Shown piece after piece: positions 8,796 to 17,794 of a stretch of DNA of 32,000 bases. This DNA comes from Mycolicibacterium smegmatis (GTDB taxonomy: Bacteria; Actinomycetota; Actinomycetes; Mycobacteriales; Mycobacteriaceae). The position numbers were made by a program, and so were the translations under genes. A model generated the notes under the pieces. It did no database searches and was not told the DNA's origin. It saw nothing but the letters and a program-made list of their open reading frames with translations. How positions within the stretch are numbered: the stretch's first letter is position 1; each line of letters starts with the position of its first letter. The DNA is taken from NCBI RefSeq assembly GCF_001457595.1, contig NZ_LN831039.1, positions 1,920,001 to 1,952,000 on the forward strand, read 5' to 3'.

Positions 8796-9180
8796 GGCGG
8801 CCGCCCGGTATGCGGGAGACGATGTGGTCGCGCAGCCAGTGTTCCACCCATTGCGCGTCGAAGTTCAGGTCGGTGGGGCGCAGCTGCAATGTGACGCCGA
8901 TCGAGGCGACCACATCCCACGGGATCTCGTGCAGCAGGGACCGCGGCGGTGCTCCGCCGAGAATCCGGGTGATCACCACCTGGCCGGTCAGCAGCGAGGT
9001 GACGCGAGGCGCCGGAGTTCCGGCCGCGATCGGTTTGTCGATCTCGATGCCGTCGAGTTCGAGGTCGTCGACGATGCCCACCGGTGCTCCGTCGTCGTCG
9101 ATCAATTGACGGTCCAGCAGGTGCAGGCGTGCATCCAGCGTCGTCCGGTGGGTCCGGCCACGGGTTGAGGAGCCGCTCAC
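8782..9180 (-). CDS. PRC-barrel-like protein, GTG start
   Basis: LDARLHLLDRQLIDDDGAPVGIVDDLELDG...; GTG overlaps the stop codon of the NRAMP gene (GTGA). Confidence 0.65.
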   Translation of the reverse strand: MSGSSTRGRTHRTTLDARLHLLDRQLIDDDGAPVGIVDDLELDGIEIDKPIAAGTPAPRVTSLLTGQVVITRILGGAPPRSLLHEIPWDVVASIGVTLQLRPTDLNFDAQWVEHWLRDHIVSRIPGGRHAAE

Positions 9181-10406
9181 CGTCCGGCTCCCGTCACGAT
9201 CATGAGCGGTATCGCGGCCAGCGAAGCCGCGAGGATGATCACCAGATAGACAGAGCCGAACATGTTGGTCACCTTTCCGTTCGTGTTCTCGCCCATGTAT
9301 TCCGGATCGTTGGCGACGATGAGGATGGGCAGATAGGTCAAGGGCAGGGCGATCGCCGAGAACACCACCGAGTACTCGGTCACCAGAACCGGGTCGACGC
9401 CGGTGAACAGCACGGCGGCGCCCACCACGATGCTGACGAACATCACCACATGGAACCGCGCGGCCTGGGCGGGCCTGCGGAACTTGCCCCATGGCCAGCC
9501 GAGGAACTGAGCGAGTGTGTATCCGCTCGACAGTGTGGTCTCCAGCGCCGCACCGAAAGTCGCCGCGACGATACCGATGACCGCGAACGCGAGCGCGAGC
9601 TTGCCGCCGGCCTCGACGACGGGCATCACCACCTGTGACAGGGAGGTCACCTCGATCTGCTGGGGTAACAAAACCAGCGTGGCGCATGTGGCGATCGCGA
9701 TGGACAGCAGCCCGCCGAGCGGGAAGCCCACCATGACGTTCATCCGGGAGACGCCGAGATCCTTGGTGGTCCAATGTTCTTCGACGGCGCCCGAGGAGAA
9801 GAAGAACACCTCGTACGGAGTCATCGCCGCGCCGAAGAGCGCGATCGCGTAGTACCAGTAGGTTGCCGCGGATTCCGATTCGGGGATCGCCGGCTGTACG
9901 GCCTGACCCGCGAGGTCGCCCCAGTTCGGTTGCAGCGCGAAGACACTGACGGCGAACACGATCAGGCACAGACCCAGGATCCCGGCGGCGTTCTCCATGA
10001 CGGTGAACTTGACGCGCCAGACCACCAGCCACACCGCGAACGCCGCAACCGGTATCCACATCATCGTGCCCACGTCGGTGGCGAGTTGCAGCGCCAGGGC
10101 GACGCCGCCGATCTCGGCCGTCAGCGTCATGAGGTTGATGAAGAACGAGGCGCCGAGGTTGGCGGCGGCCGTGCGCGGGCCGAGGCGTTCACGGATGATC
10201 TCGAACGTGGCGCGGCCACTGACCGCGGCCACCCGTCCGGCCATCTGCGCGAACAGGCAGATGCCGACAACGCCGACCACCACCACCCACACGAGTGCCA
10301 GCCCGAAGCGCGAGCCGACCACGGCATTGGTGACCAGGTCGCCGATGTCGAGGAAGCCGCCGATCGCGGTCAGGATGCCGAGTGCGACCGCGAAGAACTT
10401 CTTCAT
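9177..10406 (-). CDS. NRAMP-family metal transporter homolog, divergent
   Basis: ~11 TM segments; GGFLDIGDLVTNAVVGSRFG (TM1) and LFGAAMTPYEVFFFSSGAVEEHW (TM6). Confidence 0.85.
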   Translation of the reverse strand: MKKFFAVALGILTAIGGFLDIGDLVTNAVVGSRFGLALVWVVVVGVVGICLFAQMAGRVAAVSGRATFEIIRERLGPRTAAANLGASFFINLMTLTAEIGGVALALQLATDVGTMMWIPVAAFAVWLVVWRVKFTVMENAAGILGLCLIVFAVSVFALQPNWGDLAGQAVQPAIPESESAATYWYYAIALFGAAMTPYEVFFFSSGAVEEHWTTKDLGVSRMNVMVGFPLGGLLSIAIATCATLVLLPQQIEVTSLSQVVMPVVEAGGKLALAFAVIGIVAATFGAALETTLSSGYTLAQFLGWPWGKFRRPAQAARFHVVMFVSIVVGAAVLFTGVDPVLVTEYSVVFSAIALPLTYLPILIVANDPEYMGENTNGKVTNMFGSVYLVIILAASLAAIPLMIVTGAGR

Positions 10407-10870
10407 CAGCGGTACCCGGTCTCGAGCGCGTCGGCCGCGGCCAGCAGATCGTCACGCAGGCGGGGCAGCGGAGGTTCGGCCGTGATCTCACGGACGCGGG
10501 CCGAGGCCGTGTTGAGCCGGCCGATGATGTCGGTCATGGACGCGGTGAGCAACCGCTGCCGACCGATGTCCGCCGCGTCTTCGGCTTCAAGATCGGCAAT
10601 GCCCTTGTACGCCTTGAGAACTTCGTCCCTGGCGTCGGAGACCTGCACATTGGCCAACTGTCTCGATGTGCGATCGCGGATCCGCAGGTCCAGCGCGTAG
10701 GCGCCGCTGCGGGCCGCGGCCACCGTTTCCTCCATGGCCTGCGCGAGCCGGCCCGGCATACCGTCGCGATTGCTCGGGCAGCGTGTCAGCAGCAGGCCCA
10801 GCGCGATGATCATCAACCCGGTCAGCAACACCGTCCGGAGGTGACGTCGTCTGTCATCGACGCCGGCCAT
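10406..10870 (-). CDS. hypothetical membrane-anchored helical protein, 154 aa
   Basis: MAGVDDRRRHLRTVLLTGLMIIALGLLLTRC..., stop abuts the NRAMP start. Confidence 0.7.
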   Translation of the reverse strand: MAGVDDRRRHLRTVLLTGLMIIALGLLLTRCPSNRDGMPGRLAQAMEETVAAARSGAYALDLRIRDRTSRQLANVQVSDARDEVLKAYKGIADLEAEDAADIGRQRLLTASMTDIIGRLNTASARVREITAEPPLPRLRDDLLAAADALETGYR

Positions 10871-10887
10871 GATGCGTCGGCTTCGGC

Positions 10888-11775
10888 TCAGCCCGGAAGG
10901 GTTTCGCCACCCAGCGGCGCGAGTACCTCGCCGGTGTAGTACGACGACAGTTGGTCGGCGGCGAAGAAGACGTACGACGGTGCGATCTCGTCGGGTTGGG
11001 CCGCGCGGTTGTACGGCGTTTGCTCTCCGAACGACTCGACGCGGTCGGAATCCATGGTGGCAGGGATCAGCGGGGTCCAAACCGGCCCCGGCGCAACGCA
11101 GTTCACCCGGATTCGACGCTCGGTCAGTGACTGGGCCAGTGCATAGGTGAGTGCGATGACCGCGCCCTTGGTTGCCGAGTAGTCGATCAAGGTCTTGTTG
11201 CCGCGAAGTCCGTTGATGGAGGCGGTGTTGATGATCGCGCCGCCGTCGGGGAGGTAGTCGAGCGCAGCCTTGGTGACGTAGAAGAAGCTGTCGATGTTCA
11301 CCGCGAACGTGTGCCGCCACTGTTCGTCGCTGATATCGGTGAACTCCTCGGTGGGACGTTGGTACGCAACGTTGTTGACCAGGATGTCGATACCGCCCAG
11401 CGCTCCGGCGGTGCGCGTGACGATCGCCCTGCACTGCTCGACCTCGGCGAGATCGCCGGGCAGTCGCAGACAGCGACGGCCGGTGCGCTCCACCAGCGAA
11501 GCGGTGTGGGTGGCGTCGTCGTGCTCCTCCAGGTACGCGATCGCGACGTCTGCGCCTTCCTTGGCGAATGCCACCGCGACCGCACGCCCGATCCCCGAGT
11601 CACCACCCGTGATCAACGCGCGCTTGCCCTCGAGGAGACCCCGGCCGACATAGTCGGCCATCTCGTCGTGCGGATCGTCGTCCATGTCCTCGGTATGGCC
11701 GGGATAGGGGATCACGTTGTGCTGATCGTTGAGATCTTGATCTGCGCCGGGTTTGTCGGATTCGAAAGATTCCAT
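10888..11775 (-). CDS. short-chain dehydrogenase/reductase (YghA/glucose-1-dehydrogenase-like)
   Basis: LITGGDSGIGRAVAVAFAKEGA; NNVAYQ; YSATKGA; N-terminal YPGHTEDM tail typical of the stress-associated subgroup. Confidence 0.9.
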   Translation of the reverse strand: MESFESDKPGADQDLNDQHNVIPYPGHTEDMDDDPHDEMADYVGRGLLEGKRALITGGDSGIGRAVAVAFAKEGADVAIAYLEEHDDATHTASLVERTGRRCLRLPGDLAEVEQCRAIVTRTAGALGGIDILVNNVAYQRPTEEFTDISDEQWRHTFAVNIDSFFYVTKAALDYLPDGGAIINTASINGLRGNKTLIDYSATKGAVIALTYALAQSLTERRIRVNCVAPGPVWTPLIPATMDSDRVESFGEQTPYNRAAQPDEIAPSYVFFAADQLSSYYTGEVLAPLGGETLPG

Positions 11776-11790
11776 GGGTATTTCGCCTAC

Positions 11791-11994
11791 CTAGCTATCG
11801 CGGGGGTCATCGGGGTCGAGGTCGACGGTTTCGCGTTGCTCCTGCCAGTCACCGTCGCCGGCCTCCAGCGGAGGGCCGTCGGGGTCGGACACCGAGTTCT
11901 CGTCGCTCTCGCCGATGAGCGGCCGGACGGCAGGTTGATCTTGTTCGACAGCGTCTGCGACAGGTACCTCGTCGGGTACGTCCTGGTGTTCCAT
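11791..11994 (-). CDS. small acidic hypothetical protein, first gene of the putative SDR-NRAMP operon
   Basis: MEHQDVPDEVPVADAVEQDQPAVRPLIGESDENSVSDPDGPPLEAGDGDWQEQRETVDLDPDDPRDS. Confidence 0.65.
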   Translation of the reverse strand: MEHQDVPDEVPVADAVEQDQPAVRPLIGESDENSVSDPDGPPLEAGDGDWQEQRETVDLDPDDPRDS

Positions 11995-12004
11995 GGCCGG
12001 GCGG

Positions 12005-12029
12005 ATACCCGAGAAGTTCTCGATCAAAC
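12005..12029 (-). promoter_or_regulatory. candidate SigF-type promoter (GTTT-N15-GGGTAT) for the SDR-NRAMP operon
   Basis: + strand ATACCC (12005-12010), AAAC (12026-12029); ATG at 11994. Confidence 0.6.
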
Positions 12030-12038
12030 TCTTCGAGT

Positions 12039-12063
12039 GTTTAAGAGTGCAGTGCCCGGGTAC
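12039..12063 (+). promoter_or_regulatory. candidate SigF-type promoter (GTTT-N15-GGGTAC) for the glycosyltransferase genes
   Basis: GTTT 12039-12042, GGGTAC 12058-12063; ATG at 12074. Confidence 0.6.
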
Positions 12064-12073
12064 GCCCGGTCTC

Positions 12074-13045
12074 ATGACTTCAGACCGGTTGCGGTCGATC
12101 TTGGCTTGGCATGTGCACGGTTCCTGGATGGAATCGTTCGTTTCGGGCGGCCACCGTTATCTGATCCCGCTCAACGCGGCGGGCGACGCACACGGGCGTG
12201 GCCTGTGCGGTCGTAATTGGCCTGCCGCGCAATAAGTCTCACTCGATCGCCTGCGTGAGGAAGACGTCGACCTCGTGGTCCTGCAGCGGCCCGAGGAGAT
12301 CGAACTGGTCGAACGATTTCTCGGTCGGCGTCCCGGAATGGACATTCCCGCGGTGTATGTCGAGCACAATGCGCCACGGCCCTACGCCGTGGATGCTGTG
12401 CATCCGCTTGCGGAACGCTGTGACATCCCTGTGGTGCACGTGACCGATTACAACCGCTTGATGTGGGACACCGGCATCGCACCGACGCGCGTGATCACGC
12501 ACGGAATCGCCGATCCCGGCAACCTTTTCAGCCCGGAGATCGGTGCCGCGGCGACGATGATCAACGAACCGATACGGCGCTGGCGAACAGTCGGGACCGA
12601 TCTGCTCGCGAAACTGAGCACGCACGTTCCCATCGACGTCTGGGGCATCGGGAGCGCGGAGCTCAACATCGACGGCCGGCTCGGGGCGGTGCGGGGACGC
12701 GGCGACGTGGGACATCCACAGGTGCTGCACGAAATCGCGAGACGGCACGTCTATGTGCACACGGCGCGGTGGACCTCACTGGGGCTGTCCCTGCTCGAGG
12801 CGATGTTCGTCGGCATGCCGATCGTCGCCGTCGGTACCACGCAGGTGCCGATGGTGGTGCCTGCGGACGCGGGTGTGGTGAGCGCGGATGTCGAGGAGCT
12901 GGGATCCGCACTCCGGAGATATGTGAACGACCCGTCCGCGGCGGCTGTTGCGGGCAAAGCGGCCCGTGAATACGCACTGGTCCATTTCGGCCTCCACCGG
13001 TTCCTCACCGACTGGGACCGTCTGATCGCCGAATTCTGCCGGTGA
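12074..13045 (+). pseudogene. GT-B-fold glycosyltransferase interrupted by an in-frame TAA (12233-12235)
   Basis: MTSDRLRSILAWHVHGSWMESFVSGGHRYLIPLNAAGDAHGRGLCGRNWPAAQ*VSLDRLREEDVDLVVLQRPEEIELVERFLG... stays in one frame across a single stop; C-terminal SLGLSLLEAMFVGMPIVAVGTTQVPMV. Confidence 0.65.
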
Positions 13046-13061
13046 CTTCGAGGAGTGGTGA

Positions 13062-14284
13062 ATGAAGATTGCGATGGTATCTGAGCACGCCAGCCCGCTC
13101 GCGGCTCTCGGCGGCGTCGACGCAGGAGGTCAAAATGTACACGTTGCCGAGCTGTCGGCGGCGTTGAGCCGCCGTGGCCATGAGGTGGCGGTCTACACCA
13201 GACGCGATGACCCGGATCTGCCCGAGCGCATCGTCACCCCCGACGGGTACAGCGTCCATCACGTGCCTGCCGGGCCGGCGGAGCCCATACCCAAAGACGA
13301 ATTGCTGCAATACATGGGGGATTCGCGCGGTACCTCGACCGGTGCTGGTCGGCCGACCGGCCGGACGTCGTGCACGCCCACTTCTGGATGTCCGGCGTCG
13401 CCACCCAGCTCGCGGCACGCCACCTCAACCTGCCCGCCGTCCAGACTTTCCACGCCCTGGGCGTCGTGAAACGGCGTTACCAGGGCGCCAAGGACACCAG
13501 CCCGCCCGACCGGTTGAAGTTGGAGGCGATGGTCGCACGCTGCGCCACGTGGGTTGCCGCGACGTGCACCGACGAGGTTTTCGAGCTCATGAGGCTGGGC
13601 CGGTCGCGTTCGCAGACGTCGGTCGTTCCATGCGGTGTCGATGTCGAGCTGTTCCGGCCCGACGGGCCGAAAGCCCCCCGCGGAGAGCTGCATCGAATCG
13701 TCAGTGTCGGGAGATTCGTGCCGCGCAAGGGTTTCGACGTGGTCATCCGAGCACTGCCGAGCGTTCCCGGCGCCGAACTGGTCATCGTCGGTGGACCGGA
13801 CCGGGCCGGCCTCGACAGCGACCCTGAAGCGTGCCGACTGCGCGAACTGGCGCGCCAACTCGGGGTCGGCGACCGGGTGAAGATGTACGGAGCGGTGGCT
13901 CGAAAGGACATGCCTGCCGTATTGCGCTCGGCCGATGTGGTCGCGTGCACTCCCTGGTACGAACCATTCGGGATCGTGCCGCTGGAGGCGATGGCGTGCG
14001 GAGCACCGGTGGTGGCTTCCGCCGTCGGCGGGATGCTCGACACCGTCGTACACGACGTGACCGGCCGCCTGGTGACACCCAAGCGGCCGGACCGGGTGGC
14101 CGAGGCGCTCAACGGTCTGCTGCGCGATGAGTTCCTGCGGCAGAGCCTGGGCGCTGCGGGGCGCGACCGCGCCCGGTCGCGCTACACCTGGGACCGCATC
14201 GCCGCGGACACCCTGCGAATCTACGACCGCATCGGACCGTCGGGCTACCAGCGGTCCGATGCGCCGAGCGCGTCGCTGGGGTGA
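13062..14284 (+). pseudogene. GT4-family glycosyltransferase, frameshifted near 13320
   Basis: N-terminal MKIAMVSEHASPLAALGGVDAGGQNVHVAELSAAL (frame 13062) continues as GFARYLDRCWSADRPDVVHAHFWMSG...VVPCGVDVELF...EPFGIVPLEAMACGAPVVAS in another frame. Confidence 0.75.
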
Positions 14285-14289
14285 GCGTG

Positions 14290-15186
14290 TCAGCGCTGAC
14301 GGTCGCGCTCCAGAACGGCGAGCGCACTTTCGACAGACGACGGCAGTCGCCTGCGGTGGGTGATCACCGCGGGCAGACGCAGCACTGCCTCGACCGCCGC
14401 ACGCGCGTGCTCGGTGTCGTGTGCGGCCGCCCGCAGCAGCGACGCGGTGGCCTCGACACAGTTCCGCGCGGGTCTGCGCAGCCAGGTGGTGAGCACGTCG
14501 TTACGCAGACTGCGAGCGTCCTGCGCCGCGGTGGTCGGCCGCTGCTGCGACGGTTGGTGGATGGCCGTCAGCTCGGCGCAGTAACACAGATCCCAGCCCA
14601 GCGCAGCCAGATCCAGTGCGAGCAGTCGCTCCTCGCCGCGGAAGTGCAGGATCTCACTGAATCCGCCCGCGGCCTCGAACGCCGTTTTCCTGACCATTGC
14701 CGAACACGCGAGGAACCCCAGGATCGAGGGACCCGGCAGGTCGTGGCGGTGTCCCAGGGCGCTGTTGGCCAACTGCTCGACGAGAGGATCCTCGCGGCGC
14801 TGCGGCCACACCTCGGTGCGGCCCGCGAGGACCGCGAGCGTGGGATACCGGTCGAACATCTGCGCGCCGCGTGCCGGAGCCTGCGGTTCCCACCACGAAT
14901 CGTCGTCACAGAAGGCGACGTAGGGTGTGCGGCACGCCGCGACGCCGACGTTGCGCCCGACCGCGCCGAGATTCGACGAGAGCCCCATCACCGCGACGCG
15001 GCCCGCCGACCGGGCGGCGACACGACCCACCACCTTCACCGAGTCGTCATCGGACCCGTTGTCCACCACGATGATCGGGCAGGCAGTGGTATCCAGAAGG
15101 CGCTGCACCACGCGGGAGAGTTCCGGTGCGCGGTTCCGGCTCGCGATCACGAACGACATCTTCTGCTGCAACGCACTCTCATCCAT
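14290..15186 (-). CDS. GT2-family glycosyltransferase
   Basis: MSFVIASRNRAPELSRVVQRLL...IIVVDNGSDDDSV...LGAVGRNVGVAACRTPYVAFCDDDSWW. Confidence 0.87.
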   Translation of the reverse strand: MDESALQQKMSFVIASRNRAPELSRVVQRLLDTTACPIIVVDNGSDDDSVKVVGRVAARSAGRVAVMGLSSNLGAVGRNVGVAACRTPYVAFCDDDSWWEPQAPARGAQMFDRYPTLAVLAGRTEVWPQRREDPLVEQLANSALGHRHDLPGPSILGFLACSAMVRKTAFEAAGGFSEILHFRGEERLLALDLAALGWDLCYCAELTAIHQPSQQRPTTAAQDARSLRNDVLTTWLRRPARNCVEATASLLRAAAHDTEHARAAVEAVLRLPAVITHRRRLPSSVESALAVLERDRQR

Positions 15187-15197
15187 AACCCCGCGAG

Positions 15198-15222
15198 CTA
15201 CCCGCGACGACGATCGGTAAAC
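15198..15222 (-). promoter_or_regulatory. candidate SigF-type promoter (GTTT-N15-GGGTAG) for the GT2 gene
   Basis: + strand CTACCC (15198-15203), AAAC (15219-15222); ATG at 15186. Confidence 0.55.
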
Positions 15223-15226
15223 CGCT

Positions 15227-16171
15227 GTGCATGAAATGAAGCGTGTCCTGGTCACCGGAGGAGGCGGATTCCTCGGCGGCCATCTGTGCGAACGGCTGCT
15301 CGACGGCGGCCTCGAAGTGTTCTGTGTCGACGACCTGTCGACGAGCGCCCCGAGCACCGTCGACCTCCTGAGCGGACGAAGCGGGTACACCTTCGTCCAC
15401 CACGACATCAGCGCCCCGCTGACGGACGTGCCCGTTGTGGACACCGTGTTCCATCTGGCATCACCGGCCTCACCGGTGGATTACCAACGCATGCCGGTAC
15501 AGACCCTGCGCACCGGTTCACTCGGCACCGCCAATGCGCTGGATTTCGCCGAACGCTGCGGCGCCCGCTTGATCCTGACCTCCACCAGTGAGATCTATGG
15601 CGATCCCTTGGAACATCCGCAGCGCGAAACCTATTGGGGTAACGTCAATCCTGTTGGGCTGCGGAGCGTCTACGACGAGGCCAAGCGGTTCGCCGAAGCG
15701 TTGACTTTCGCATACCAACGCGCCAGGGACGCCGACATCGGAGTCGCGCGGCTCTTCAACACCTACGGGCCGCGGATGCGTGGCGACGACGGGCGCGTCG
15801 TGCCGACGTTCTGCCGGCAGGCACTGTGCGGGGAACCGATCACGGTGCACGGCACGGGACGGCAGACCCGCTCACTGTGCTACGTCGACGACACGGTCGA
15901 CGCATTGATCGCGCTCGCAGAATCCGATTGCACGGGACCACTCAACATAGGCAATCCCCACGAGATGACGGTGTTGGAGATCGCCGAGACCGTGCGTGAG
16001 CTGGCGGGCAGTGCGTCGTCCATCGAGTTCCTGCCCCTCGGTGAGGACGACCCGCAACGACGGTGCCCCGACATCACCGCCGCCAGAGAACAACTCGGCT
16101 GGCAACCCAAGATCGGATGCCGCGAAGGGCTTGCGAGAACGCTCAAATGGTTTTCTGTGCAACAACATTAG
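15227..16171 (+). CDS. NAD-dependent sugar-nucleotide epimerase/dehydratase, UDP-glucuronate decarboxylase (UXS)-like
   Basis: VLVTGGGGFLGGHLCERLL; STSEIYGDPLEHPQRETYWGNVNPVGLRSVYDEAKRFAEAL; RLFNTYGPRM. Internal start at 15236 possible. Confidence 0.87.
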   Translation: MHEMKRVLVTGGGGFLGGHLCERLLDGGLEVFCVDDLSTSAPSTVDLLSGRSGYTFVHHDISAPLTDVPVVDTVFHLASPASPVDYQRMPVQTLRTGSLGTANALDFAERCGARLILTSTSEIYGDPLEHPQRETYWGNVNPVGLRSVYDEAKRFAEALTFAYQRARDADIGVARLFNTYGPRMRGDDGRVVPTFCRQALCGEPITVHGTGRQTRSLCYVDDTVDALIALAESDCTGPLNIGNPHEMTVLEIAETVRELAGSASSIEFLPLGEDDPQRRCPDITAAREQLGWQPKIGCREGLARTLKWFSVQQH

Positions 16172-16174
16172 GAG

Positions 16175-17794
16175 ATGGACGTGCGGATTCTGGGAATCAA
16201 TGCGGTGTTCCACGACCCGGCCGCCGCGCTGGTCGTCGACGGCCACATCGTCGCAGCCGCCGAAGAGGAACGGTTCAGCAGGCGTAAACACGGCAAGGAG
16301 GCAGTCGCGTTCTCGACGTGGGAACTCCCCGTACAGGCGGCGCGTTGGTGCCTTGAACAGGCCGGCCTGTCGCCATCGGATCTCGATGCTGTTGGGTACT
16401 CCTATGATCCCCGGCTGATGCAGGGGCAGGGCACCGACCTCGCGGGCCTTGACCGTGACTGGGAGTACCTGCGAACGCTGTATGCCGAACGGGCGCCGCG
16501 CTTCCTGCAATCCGCCCTGCCGGGACTCGATCCCGATGTGGTGCGGTATGTCCGGCACCATGTGGCGCACGCCGCCTCGAGTGCGCTGGCCTCACCCCAC
16601 CCCGATTGCGCGGTGCTGGTGGTCGACGGCCGCGGTGAGCGGACATCCATGCTCATGGGGGATTACACCGACAACAAACTCGACATCCTGGCCACGCAGG
16701 ACCTGCCGCATTCCCTAGGCCTCCTGTACGAGGACCTGACGCAGCATCTGGGCTTCAAACGGTCCAGCGACGAGTACAAAGTCATGGCGATGGCGTCCTA
16801 CGGCAGGCCACGTTTCGTCGACGAATTCCGGGAACTCGTCCGCGCCACCGGTGACGGTGGTTTCCGCACCGAACCGGTGGACTGGGATCGGTATGGCACG
16901 GAGTGGGATGACCGTGTCGACCTCGCGTGCAGCGTCCAGTGCGTCGTCGAGGAGGTCCTGCTCGATTTGGTGCAGTGGCTGCGCGCCCGCACCGACCATG
17001 AAAATCTCTGTCTCGCCGGTGGAGTCGCCCTCAATTGCGTGGCGAACTCCAAGCTTTACAACAGCGGAGGTTTCCGCAGCGTGTGGGTGCAACCGGCGGC
17101 GGGGGACTCGGGTACGGCGCTCGGGGCGGCGCTGTCGCTGGCCGCCGAGGCCGGCGAACCGATCACACCGATGCCGACGGCTGCGCTCGGCCGGGGCTTC
17201 TCCGACGACGAGATCGAGGCGGTGCTCACCGAAGCCGCTGTGCCGTTCGAACGTCCACGCGACTTCGCCGCCGCCGTAGGTGACGCACTGGCCGAGGATC
17301 GGATCGTCGGATGGTTCCAGGGACGGTCCGAGTTCGGGCCGAGGGCGCTGGGCCGCCGGTCGCTGCTGGCCGACCCGCGTCGCGCGGAGAACCTCGACCG
17401 TCTCAACGCTGTGAAGGGCCGTGAGCAGTTCCGCCCCGTGGCACCCATGGTGCTCGCCGAGTGCGCCGCCGAGATCTTCTCCGGGGGACCGCTTCCCAGC
17501 CCGTACATGCTGTTCGTCCACGACGTGGCCCCACAGTGGCGGGCACAAATCCCCGCGGTCACCCACGTCGACAACACGGCGCGCATACAGACCGTCGACA
17601 ACGACGATGCGCTGCTGCACGCCACGATCAGCAGATTCGCCGAACGCACCGGTGTGCCGGTGATCGTCAACACCAGTTTCAACACCGCGGGCCGACCCAT
17701 GGTCGACACTCCACGCGACGCCCTGGAATGCTTCGGCAGCGCACCCATCGACGTGCTCGCGATCGGCCCGTTCCTCGTACGGAGGCCTCGTTGA
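16175..17794 (+). CDS. carbamoyltransferase (NodU/CmcH/TobZ family), 539 aa
   Basis: ILGINAVFHDPAAALVVDGHIVAAAEEERFSRRKHGK; HHVAHAASSALASP; LCLAGGVALNCVANSKL; GRSEFGPRALGRRSLLADPR. Confidence 0.93.
   Translation: MDVRILGINAVFHDPAAALVVDGHIVAAAEEERFSRRKHGKEAVAFSTWELPVQAARWCLEQAGLSPSDLDAVGYSYDPRLMQGQGTDLAGLDRDWEYLRTLYAERAPRFLQSALPGLDPDVVRYVRHHVAHAASSALASPHPDCAVLVVDGRGERTSMLMGDYTDNKLDILATQDLPHSLGLLYEDLTQHLGFKRSSDEYKVMAMASYGRPRFVDEFRELVRATGDGGFRTEPVDWDRYGTEWDDRVDLACSVQCVVEEVLLDLVQWLRARTDHENLCLAGGVALNCVANSKLYNSGGFRSVWVQPAAGDSGTALGAALSLAAEAGEPITPMPTAALGRGFSDDEIEAVLTEAAVPFERPRDFAAAVGDALAEDRIVGWFQGRSEFGPRALGRRSLLADPRRAENLDRLNAVKGREQFRPVAPMVLAECAAEIFSGGPLPSPYMLFVHDVAPQWRAQIPAVTHVDNTARIQTVDNDDALLHATISRFAERTGVPVIVNTSFNTAGRPMVDTPRDALECFGSAPIDVLAIGPFLVRRPR

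Noticed and set aside
12111-12235. Programmed readthrough or selenocysteine-like recoding at the 12233 stop
   Set aside because: The codon is TAA, with no recognisable recoding signal; simple nonsense mutation or sequence error is more economical.
13316-13320. GGGGG run as a phase-variation tract at the glycosyltransferase frameshift
   Set aside because: Five G is too short to argue for programmed slippage; the repair that restores the expected protein is at TT rather than the G run.
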